Shown here one piece after another: positions 7,284 through 14,543 of a DNA stretch of 37,995 nucleotides. The position numbers were made by a program, and so were the translations under genes. The notes below the pieces were generated by a model. It searched no databases, had not been told where the DNA came from, and saw only the letters and a program-made list of their open reading frames with translations. This DNA comes from a virus. Positions within the stretch are counted from its first letter, which is position 1. Every line of letters starts with the position of its first letter. Where the stretch lies: the IMG/VR virus record IMGVR_UViG_3300011266_000026. One strand, given 5' to 3'.

Positions 7284-7462
7284 TCATTGATCCAGAGATC
7301 ATGACTCAAAAATCATGTTGTTTCACCGAGTCTATTTACAGGAACATCCCCTCGGCACTTTTTTGATATAAATACCTCATTTTCAACACCTTAAAATAAT
7401 TTCAACATTTTTATATTTTTCCCTTGCATGTTCCTGTAATTACTTTAAAGTTTTGCCAAGAT

Positions 7463-7975
7463 ATGAAAACAACATTGAACGAAACCAAAACAGAAATAAT
7501 CCCTTTCCCGTCTCACGTCAAAACCCCCGCTCCTAATCCCGATGTTTCGTCAATTTCTCGCGAACTCGTTGACATGGCCAGAGACCTTAACAATGTCTAT
7601 GCCAGTGCGGGCAATGTTCACAAATTCGTCCGCACTCATTACGTTGACACTGCATCGGGTGTCTATGGCATTGAAAGCTTAATTGCTCAAATCCTCCGTG
7701 ACAATGGAGCGGTAAACCCTGAAGGAATTGAAAAAACAGAATTCCGCAAAGTCGCTATTGCTACAAGTATGTATGCCAGTGACATAATTGCCGCAGTACA
7801 AGCGGCAAACGGAAATGAGCGTTACCCATACGCAACAATCCATAGCTATCTTTCCCACTTCATGACTAAAGCCAATAGCCAACACAAAATCGGCAAAATC
7901 AAATTGACAAATAGTGAAGATAGCTCCCGCAATTGTTGCAAACCCCGTACAAAATTCTATCTGATTGAAGCCTAA
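7463..7975 (+). CDS. hypothetical early protein (170 aa)
   Basis: ATG 7463 is in frame with the track ORF 7424-7975. No family recognised. Confidence 0.7.
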   Translation: MKTTLNETKTEIIPFPSHVKTPAPNPDVSSISRELVDMARDLNNVYASAGNVHKFVRTHYVDTASGVYGIESLIAQILRDNGAVNPEGIEKTEFRKVAIATSMYASDIIAAVQAANGNERYPYATIHSYLSHFMTKANSQHKIGKIKLTNSEDSSRNCCKPRTKFYLIEA

Positions 7976-7990
7976 AACCCTTTAACAATC

Positions 7991-8013
7991 GCCAAGGGTT
8001 CAATCCCCTTGGC
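7991..8013 (+). terminator. GC hairpin without T-run (weak terminator or attenuator)
   Basis: GCCAAGGG/CCCTTGGC stem. Confidence 0.3.
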
Positions 8014-8044
8014 AATCCCTTAAAACCCTTTCAATCCTATTACT

Positions 8045-8374
8045 ATGAGCCAAAACACTATTCAAAATCTAAACGTTGAATTGCCAGCCAATCAGGATAT
8101 TCCGGAAACCGATATTGAAACCTTTAACTTGGAGCTAGAACCCTCGGCAACCCCTCATAAATGGACAAAGGAAAGCTTTTCCTCCTATCGTTCTAAACTT
8201 CGCTTGCTCAGTAAAATTCACAACGATATTGCCGACAAAGTAAACCAAAAACGCCAAGCCGCTTTCGAAGCATTCTTTAGGCCAGAAGATACTTTTATTC
8301 CCGAAACTAAACAAACAGATCTTGCTGGCATGATGATTGCTAGTCTAGCAAATCGTATTCCATCCACCCATTAG
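8045..8374 (+). CDS. hypothetical protein (109 aa), acidic N-terminus
   Basis: Last plus-strand ORF before the composition boundary. Confidence 0.7.
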   Translation: MSQNTIQNLNVELPANQDIPETDIETFNLELEPSATPHKWTKESFSSYRSKLRLLSKIHNDIADKVNQKRQAAFEAFFRPEDTFIPETKQTDLAGMMIASLANRIPSTH

Positions 8375-8390
8375 CAATCCCTATACCAAT

Positions 8391-8472
8391 CCCCTACCTA
8401 CCCACCCCTATAGGTAGGGGTATGCTTCTGAATAGGCCCAAAATAGACCCCCACCACCCCCGCCCCCTACCT
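8391..8472. other. C-rich tract with three copies of CCCCTACCT (two direct, one inverted)
   Basis: CCCCTACCTA at 8391-8400, its reverse complement TAGGTAGGGG at 8411-8420, and CCCCTACCTG at 8463-8472. GACCCCCACCACCCCCGCCCCC lies at 8447-8468. Confidence 0.6.
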
Positions 8473-8509
8473 GTTTAACATACGGACCTACTTTTTCATA
8501 AAGATCGAT

Positions 8510-8580
8510 ACGTATATACGTTTTTATTATTTATCTGATATATCTGACGATATATGTGGTAATGTATGGTATAGCTGATA
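8510..8580. repeat. 12-bp perfect palindrome plus CTGATAT-type short direct repeats
   Basis: ACGTATATACGT at 8510-8521. CTGATAT at 8535 and 8574, with CTGACGATAT at 8545. Confidence 0.5.
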
Positions 8581-8674
8581 TTAAGGATTTTCTGGTATTG
8601 GATTTTTGTTGGAAAGGAGTGGAAACAAAAAAATTCCGGAAAAAGTAAAAAATATAGAAGACTTTTACATTATT

Positions 8675-8941
8675 TTAATCTTCGTCTTCTGAGTAATAGC
8701 GTTTAATTTCTTCATGGGAGTCTAATGAAGGAGTATATGGTATTGGGTTATCACGAACTTTGGGGGCTGGAGGGAATACGATGTCACGAGGGTCTACGTA
8801 TTTAATGGGGCAGTCTATTTCAGAGTCTTTTGGGACAGTAACAATGTGTTTACAGGTTGGGCATCGGAAAGAGAAAAAACTGGCATAAGAGTCAGTTTGC
8901 AACATTTGGGAACAATGTTTACATTTAAAGATGATGGTCAT
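8675..8941 (-). CDS. zinc-ribbon protein (88 aa)
   Basis: CKHC...CPTC pairs and an acidic tail. Confidence 0.7.
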   Translation of the reverse strand: MTIIFKCKHCSQMLQTDSYASFFSFRCPTCKHIVTVPKDSEIDCPIKYVDPRDIVFPPAPKVRDNPIPYTPSLDSHEEIKRYYSEDED

Positions 8942-9414
8942 AATAGTTTAGATTTCAGAATTTGTTCAACTTGAGTGATATTGGCTTTTCCTTTGGTTTC
9001 TTTCATTACTTGTCCCTTTAGATGATTAAGGGAAGCAATCTTTCCTTTTTTATAATCGGAAACAGACTTGGGGTTATCAGCGATGATTTTATTGCAAATG
9101 GACTCTAGTTCGGAGGCATCGGAAAGAATTTCGCAAGGAAAGATGGTTTGGAGTTCTGCAAAGGTAACACATGGGTAATATTGGTTACAATCGACATGTA
9201 ATTCTACAAGTTTTTTAATATAAGACCAAGGATATTTTTTATTTAGTGCGGTTTGTATAAATTGTCCTAGATCGGAAGGGAACATTAGATAATAATCCTT
9301 TTGGGGATTATCTTTTAGAATTGGACATAAAAGTTGTATAATAACTTTTGCTAGGTATCTGCAAAAGTCAAAGTATTGTATATCTAAGGTATTTTCTTTA
9401 TTATCACAATTCAT
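8938..9414 (-). CDS. GatB/YqeY C-terminal-domain protein
   Basis: IIADNPKSVSDYKKGKIASLNHLKGQVMKETKGKANITQVEQILKSKL closely follows the GatB_Yqey consensus (..npk.v.dyk.Gk..al..LvGqvMk.tkGkanp..v...l...L). Confidence 0.7.
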   Translation of the reverse strand: MNCDNKENTLDIQYFDFCRYLAKVIIQLLCPILKDNPQKDYYLMFPSDLGQFIQTALNKKYPWSYIKKLVELHVDCNQYYPCVTFAELQTIFPCEILSDASELESICNKIIADNPKSVSDYKKGKIASLNHLKGQVMKETKGKANITQVEQILKSKLL

Positions 9415-9427
9415 ATTTCATACGTAT

Positions 9428-9604
9428 TCATGTATTTTGTGGTATAATTTCTCGTTTAGCAATGATGTCGTAGTCATGATTATTATATGTTTGGATATGA
9501 ATAACTTCCCATCCATATTTTCCAATATCATTGGTAATTTGATTACATACTAATTCAAGTGAGGTTGCATAGAAGTAAAACTTTTTATATTCAAATTGTT
9601 TCAT
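9428..9604 (-). CDS. hypothetical 58-aa protein (below the ORF-track cutoff)
   Basis: Hand-translated MKQFEYKKFYFYATSLELVCNQ...PQNT*. Its ATG shares one nt with the upstream TAA. Confidence 0.4.
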   Translation of the reverse strand: MKQFEYKKFYFYATSLELVCNQITNDIGKYGWEVIHIQTYNNHDYDIIAKREIIPQNT

Positions 9605-9918
9605 TATTGGGAAGGAAGTATAGTTATTTGTTTTTTGGCTATTATTTTACTGATATATTCATCCATTTGTTTGATGAATTCTGGGTCATTATCACGTTTA
9701 TGGATTGCCGCCATAAAGTCTTCTTGAGACATTGAAGCGGGAGCTTGAAAGCCGCAGTGGGTGCAGGGGAGCGTTAATTTGGATGGACGCCAGTGTCCTT
9801 GTTTATCTTGATTAGGCGCATATCCATTATAGTGACCTATACCACATTTAATGCAGGTGAAGCCGCCACCGAGAGGGACTCGGTATTTTTTATGTTTTGC
9901 ATTTTTCATTATAGGCAC
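9604..9918 (-). CDS. zinc-ribbon protein (104 aa)
   Basis: CIKCG...CTHCG. Confidence 0.7.
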   Translation of the reverse strand: MPIMKNAKHKKYRVPLGGGFTCIKCGIGHYNGYAPNQDKQGHWRPSKLTLPCTHCGFQAPASMSQEDFMAAIHKRDNDPEFIKQMDEYISKIIAKKQITILPSQ

Positions 9919-10363
9919 ATTCCGTTAAAAAACGGTCTAAATCATGTACGAATGTATCTTCATCATAGGGATGATAGAATGGGAAATATGGGCCAAATGT
10001 TTTATCTTTATTATTTGTATAAGAATTAAGGTGATATGAATATGAACCTTCATGACCTGTTTGTCCATCATGGCATTCGGAACAATTACATGGATTATAT
10101 TCACATTCGGCGATGAATGTTGTACAGAATTTTTTGTTTAGGTAGAGATCTATTGCTAAAGTTTTTGGGTGAAATTTGAGAGTTATTTTGAAATTATTGA
10201 TAATTTGCCCGTTGAAGGGGTGTATCATTTCGATAAATTTGTGGTATAGTATTTTACATTCATTTCGATTGTATTGTTGTTGTTCTTTAGCTTTTTTTAG
10301 TTCTGCCAATTGTTTTTCGGATTGTTCTTTTTTTAAAGCTTTAAATTTTTCTAATGTATTCAT
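9890..10363 (-). CDS. hypothetical Cys/His-rich protein (157 aa)
   Basis: ORF containing CEYNPCNCSECHDGQTGH. Confidence 0.7.
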   Translation of the reverse strand: MNTLEKFKALKKEQSEKQLAELKKAKEQQQYNRNECKILYHKFIEMIHPFNGQIINNFKITLKFHPKTLAIDLYLNKKFCTTFIAECEYNPCNCSECHDGQTGHEGSYSYHLNSYTNNKDKTFGPYFPFYHPYDEDTFVHDLDRFLTECAYNEKCKT

Positions 10364-10414
10364 AGAGAGTTTTTATATTTTTAAAAGTTATCGGCCTGAG
10401 CCTGCGGCAAAAGT

Positions 10415-10555
10415 TTATTTTAGTATCCACAAGAGAAAGCGTTTTAGTTGAAAATCTATTTTTTCTATTATATTCGTCAGGATACCGAGCAACTGTGGAA
10501 AGATTAATATGATGAAACAAAAAATACCAACAATAATATAAAGGTAAAATTTCAT
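10415..10555 (-). CDS. candidate 46-aa single-TM protein
   Basis: Hand-translated MKFYLYIIVGIFCFIILIFPQLLGIL... in an otherwise empty 220-nt gap. Confidence 0.3.
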   Translation of the reverse strand: MKFYLYIIVGIFCFIILIFPQLLGILTNIIEKIDFQLKRFLLWILK

Positions 10556-10582
10556 TATAATTCCAAAGTTTTAATTGTAATC

Positions 10583-10999
10583 TTATTGTTTCCCATTACC
10601 ACCACAATCCATGCAAGTTAGGGTATAGGTTTCTCCATCCCATCCTGTGCCATGGCAAGTCATACATATATTTTTGTTTTGTTCATCCCATATAGGTTGA
10701 AGTATTGAACGCCAGTAATCAGTTGCGGGGTGATTGCAAGAGAATGACAAACTATCCTTTTTGTTAGAGGAATAATCCATAAGGCGTAATCCAATATATT
10801 TACCATGGTAGGTTAGAACTGTAGTGTTGGGAGCGGTGGCATGATATATTTCGTGAAACGTTTTCATGTTCGGAAATGTTTCCATGTCAAATTTCAACAA
10901 GAACTGTGGCAACAAAAGAACATTGGTTACGCCACCATAATTAAGTTTATTGATAACAACACCCGCCTTCAACAAAGCCCATTTTTCGTCTTTAGTCAT
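10583..10999 (-). CDS. protein with C-terminal DnaJ-type CxxCxGxG zinc finger
   Basis: CMTCHGTG...CMDCGGNG. Confidence 0.7.
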   Translation of the reverse strand: MTKDEKWALLKAGVVINKLNYGGVTNVLLLPQFLLKFDMETFPNMKTFHEIYHATAPNTTVLTYHGKYIGLRLMDYSSNKKDSLSFSCNHPATDYWRSILQPIWDEQNKNICMTCHGTGWDGETYTLTCMDCGGNGKQ

Positions 11000-11016
11000 C
11001 GGATTTTATCGAATGA

Positions 11017-11406
11017 TTATTGTAATGCCCAAATATCTTCTGCGGTGATATAAACATGTTCGTCAGTAGAATATTTGGTTAGACTGAGAACTTTTTTAGC
11101 AATTGTTTCTTGATTTGAACATACAAAATTACACCAGTCGTATTCACTTGTACCGAACACACTATCTTTTGTTTTTAATTCTTTAATAGCGTCTTCTTCT
11201 GAGAGATAGATGGGAGGATATTTAAATAAACGTTGCCAGAAGGAACGTTGGTCTTCTTTCATTAAGGCACGGACCTTTTTTTGAAAGCATTCTTTCCTAT
11301 AATCTTGAATTCTGAGTATAGTTTTTGTTGCCATTTCTATAGCAACAGATTTTTCCAATCTGGTAAATGATTTAGAAATATTGTCGTTCATATAATGAAT
11401 TTCCAT
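11017..11406 (-). CDS. hypothetical protein (129 aa)
   Basis: Start moved to ATG 11406, which abuts the upstream stop at 11408. Confidence 0.65.
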   Translation of the reverse strand: MEIHYMNDNISKSFTRLEKSVAIEMATKTILRIQDYRKECFQKKVRALMKEDQRSFWQRLFKYPPIYLSEEDAIKELKTKDSVFGTSEYDWCNFVCSNQETIAKKVLSLTKYSTDEHVYITAEDIWALQ

Positions 11407-11407
11407 A

Positions 11408-11590
11408 TTAATATAAGATGTTTTGTAGTTTCCAATAACAATCTTTATGAAAGTGCCATGTTTGCCAATCCGGTGCTTGAGGATGGGTAGTAATAGTAGC
11501 ACCTTTTTGTTTGCAGAACCAACATATTTTATTGTTATTCTGTTTGGATTTTGTTTTTAATTTGCTCATACTATTTGGCATCCTTAACAA
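11408..11590 (-). CDS. hypothetical small protein (60 aa)
   Basis: ORF tightly packed between its neighbours. Confidence 0.5.
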   Translation of the reverse strand: MLRMPNSMSKLKTKSKQNNNKICWFCKQKGATITTHPQAPDWQTWHFHKDCYWKLQNILY

Positions 11591-11944
11591 TTATGGTCCT
11601 GTATCTGGGCTTCTTTGTGGATCATATTTAGAAATTTCCAGTTTTAATGTGTCATAAATAATGCCATAGCAAGCATGACATAGATGGAATTTTTTTACCA
11701 TCATGAGTTCTCGGGTTGTTTCTTTTGGTGGAGAAAACAATATTGCCGCAGGACTGGTAATTTGTTTATGACAAGCGTTACAATAAATTTCAAATCCGTT
11801 AGATTTTATTATAGAGGGTGGTTCAGGGAGTAGATAAGCTGGATTTTTGTCACATCCCCACGCTTCATGATATGATATGTTATCATGGGTTTGTCCACAA
11901 AATTTACATATTCCTCTACCACCACATTTATTTCCAAAATTCAT
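11591..11944 (-). CDS. Cys-rich multi-zinc-ribbon protein (117 aa)
   Basis: CKFCG, CNACH and CHACYG pairs. Confidence 0.7.
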   Translation of the reverse strand: MNFGNKCGGRGICKFCGQTHDNISYHEAWGCDKNPAYLLPEPPSIIKSNGFEIYCNACHKQITSPAAILFSPPKETTRELMMVKKFHLCHACYGIIYDTLKLEISKYDPQRSPDTGP

Positions 11945-12083
11945 GTAAAACCTCTATTAAAACAAATCCACCCATAAATCCTATGACGCAAACTATTGTA
12001 ATTATAGCGTGCTTATTACATAGATGCCAATTAAAAATTGGATGATAATGTTTGGCTTCTTTGTCACAGAAATGGCATTTCAT
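11928..12083 (-). CDS. candidate 51-aa CxxC plus TM protein
   Basis: Hand-translated MKCHFCDKEAKHYHPIFNWHLCNKHAIITIVCVIGFMGGFVLIEV... with an ATGA overlap on the upstream stop. Confidence 0.3.
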   Translation of the reverse strand: MKCHFCDKEAKHYHPIFNWHLCNKHAIITIVCVIGFMGGFVLIEVLHEFWK

Positions 12084-12472
12084 CTAAATTTCCTTATATT
12101 CTTTTTTGTCATCGGATTGGTATATTCCATTACTTTACCATCTACAATTTCATTGCAATTATCGTAATGATAGTCTTGGGCATCCTCTTCGTATTTAATA
12201 ATATATCTATATTGCCCATTTGCTAACCTTGAAACTTTATGGATTTTTCCTTCTATCCAATCGTGTTTTAATGAAAACCGAAATAAAACTTTTTCGCCCG
12301 TGCGGAATTCCTGTTTCTCGTCTTGGTATTTTTTAAAGGCTTTGATATACTGCGGCTTTAAATCTTGAATTATTTTGTCTATTGTTGGTGGAGTTTCAAG
12401 AGTTTGATCAACAAGCCATTCATAAAGATATTTAAAATCAATGTTTTTTAATTCAATTTTCATTTCTTGCAA
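12080..12472 (-). CDS. hypothetical protein (130 aa)
   Basis: ORF track only. Confidence 0.7.
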   Translation of the reverse strand: MQEMKIELKNIDFKYLYEWLVDQTLETPPTIDKIIQDLKPQYIKAFKKYQDEKQEFRTGEKVLFRFSLKHDWIEGKIHKVSRLANGQYRYIIKYEEDAQDYHYDNCNEIVDGKVMEYTNPMTKKNIRKFR

Positions 12473-12516
12473 TTGATATTTTGTCTAGGGATTTAGAGTA
12501 TTTTTTACATTTCATA

Positions 12517-12693
12517 TTAAAAGATAACAGGAATGACTCCATTTCCATTAGGAACAAGAATGATATTCACTCCATCTTTTTCTTGAAGACTAGTTGGTTC
12601 AAAATGAGTTTTAATTAACACAAAAGCTATTAAGGATGCTGCAAGAATAACAAATATAACATCTTTGATGAAATATATGTATTTATTTTTCAT
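12517..12693 (-). CDS. candidate 58-aa single-TM protein
   Basis: Hand-translated MKNKYIYFIKDVIFVILAASLIAFVLI... Confidence 0.4.
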   Translation of the reverse strand: MKNKYIYFIKDVIFVILAASLIAFVLIKTHFEPTSLQEKDGVNIILVPNGNGVIPVIF

Positions 12694-12698
12694 TTATT

Positions 12699-12884
12699 TT
12701 ATTCTCTCCACCATCCAAAATTTTTAGCTAAAGTAATAGCAAATGAAATGGAAAAAACAACTAATCCAGTAACAATCAGTATTAATACAATAACTTGTGT
12801 AAAGTTAGCTACCAAAAATGCCCCAAAAGCTATTACTAATAGTATTCCAATTATAACTAAAGCATTATGCAAATATTTATTCAT
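12699..12884 (-). CDS. small 2-TM membrane protein (61 aa)
   Basis: Two hydrophobic spans. Confidence 0.6.
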   Translation of the reverse strand: MNKYLHNALVIIGILLVIAFGAFLVANFTQVIVLILIVTGLVVFSISFAITLAKNFGWWRE

Positions 12885-12887
12885 ATT

Positions 12888-13085
12888 TTATAAAGTCTCC
12901 ATTTTAGCAACCAATTTGTCTATCATATCACACGTAGTTAATCCATATTCTCCATCATTAGTAATGATTTTAATTGCTTCTTGAAGAGCTTCTTTTTGTA
13001 TATCTTTGTATGTGACTTCATCCAATACAACAGTGCCATCAGACATATCAATTTTATCTTTGAATTTTTGATAAAATGTTCTCAT
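12888..13085 (-). CDS. hypothetical protein (65 aa)
   Basis: ORF track; tightly packed. Confidence 0.6.
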   Translation of the reverse strand: MRTFYQKFKDKIDMSDGTVVLDEVTYKDIQKEALQEAIKIITNDGEYGLTTCDMIDKLVAKMETL

Positions 13086-13354
13086 CTTGTTTGCTTGATA
13101 ATTTTTTGTTTAAGCCAGTAAAGAAGACAAGCATCAGGAATGGGCCACAATGGTCCATCTGGATTTTTGGGATTATTATAGATCGCAAATTCCGCAGCAA
13201 TCTGTGCTCCTTCATCTTCAGAGAATAGATTTATAAATTCTTCAGGCAAGTCATTACAACCAGCATTAGCGTAATATTCATCTAACTCATTGAAAAACAT
13301 ATCCAATAATTTCAATTGCTTTTCAGTAAGTGTTATAGTATGAGTTTTTGTCAT
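13082..13354 (-). CDS. hypothetical acidic protein (90 aa)
   Basis: ORF with a 4-nt overlap on the downstream gene. Confidence 0.7.
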   Translation of the reverse strand: MTKTHTITLTEKQLKLLDMFFNELDEYYANAGCNDLPEEFINLFSEDEGAQIAAEFAIYNNPKNPDGPLWPIPDACLLYWLKQKIIKQTR

Positions 13355-13360
13355 ATAATG

Positions 13361-13663
13361 TTAGGAAATCAACCAGTTAGCACATTTGGTAATCAATTTA
13401 GTGATATATTTTTTGATACATTCACAAATTGGCATTATAACATAGAACCCTAATAAACCAATCAATGCTACACCCATTATAAGCATAAGTGATACTGGTC
13501 CTACACATAATACAAGAGTCGCAAAGAATAGAAGTTTTTTTGATGGAGATTTAATTTGAACCATGAATGTTTCCAATGATCCAAGGAAATCCAATATGCA
13601 AAATAGGAAAATTACTCCAACAACTGACCATCCGATTAATAAATATGAAAAAATAGTATTCAT
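13361..13663 (-). CDS. 3-TM membrane protein, paralog of the C-terminal half of 13680-14219
   Basis: Shared pattern MN.I....LI.WS..G.I...I.S.KK.LF...L..GP...C..KY..K. Confidence 0.7.
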   Translation of the reverse strand: MNTIFSYLLIGWSVVGVIFLFCILDFLGSLETFMVQIKSPSKKLLFFATLVLCVGPVSLMLIMGVALIGLLGFYVIMPICECIKKYITKLITKCANWLIS

Positions 13664-13679
13664 AGATTTAAGAGTGAAA

Positions 13680-14219
13680 TCATTCCATTGTTTTGATTAA
13701 GTACTTCTCTACACAATTTGCCGCAGTGAATATGATGAATTCAAGAATAAAAAATAAAATTACTATCAGAATTCCGATTGACCATGCCAATGGTCCAATT
13801 AGTAATAAAATAAATAATGAAAATAGAATTCGTTTTTTAGTGGAAGGTATTTCTTTAAATGAATGAACCAGATTAAATCCACGTAATAGTGAAACAAAGG
13901 TTATGATTATTCCTATCCACGACCATAATATAAGTAATCTCATTAAAATATTCATTTTTGTACAGGTTGGGTTGATTTTTTTGGATTTATTCTTTTTAGA
14001 AGGGAACGCAAATGAATATAATCCCGCTAATATCACAACAATAATTAATACTCCTCCAATGAGGGGCCAAAAAATTAATAATAATAGAAGCAATACAAAA
14101 ATATCATCGCCAAAATCACGTTCAAAGTCTTCTTTGGAAACAAACGAGAAATATCTGTTTAGGATTGCAAATACAACCGGAATTACAAAAATTCCATAAA
14201 ACCATATGGTGAATATCAT
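13680..14219 (-). CDS. multi-TM membrane protein with internal duplication
   Basis: The C-terminal 91 aa align by eye with the 13361-13663 product. Confidence 0.7.
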   Translation of the reverse strand: MIFTIWFYGIFVIPVVFAILNRYFSFVSKEDFERDFGDDIFVLLLLLLIFWPLIGGVLIIVVILAGLYSFAFPSKKNKSKKINPTCTKMNILMRLLILWSWIGIIITFVSLLRGFNLVHSFKEIPSTKKRILFSLFILLLIGPLAWSIGILIVILFFILEFIIFTAANCVEKYLIKTME

Positions 14220-14221
14220 AG

Positions 14222-14503
14222 TTATGTTAACTGTTCCATGTGAGCATCAGACTTCAAAACAATAGAAGCCATGATTTCTTCAAATGAATTTATTGTTATT
14301 TTTTGAACATCCTGTGCTTGAAAATTAATAGATGTATCTGGATAGAACCTAAGACGGTAAATTATTAAATGGTTCTCCCAATCATGTGTAATTTCAAGAT
14401 TTCCATAAAACATTTGAACGACAGTTCCACGAATTGGAAGAGCAACTGAAACTGGTTTTCCTTCAAACTCGGAGAGTTGTCCTTCAACTTGTTCTATGTT
14501 CAT
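14222..14503 (-). CDS. hypothetical protein (93 aa)
   Basis: ORF track only. Confidence 0.7.
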   Translation of the reverse strand: MNIEQVEGQLSEFEGKPVSVALPIRGTVVQMFYGNLEITHDWENHLIIYRLRFYPDTSINFQAQDVQKITINSFEEIMASIVLKSDAHMEQLT

Positions 14504-14543
14504 AATTGAACTATAGAGAATATCATCTTGTTTGTCAAGGTTA

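Noticed and set aside
10421-10429. DnaA-box-like GTATCCACA (and TTATCCCACA at about 6650)
   Set aside because: These are single, imperfect, isolated matches, one of them inside a gene end. There is no cluster or adjacent AT-rich unwinding element, so the evidence for an origin is insufficient.
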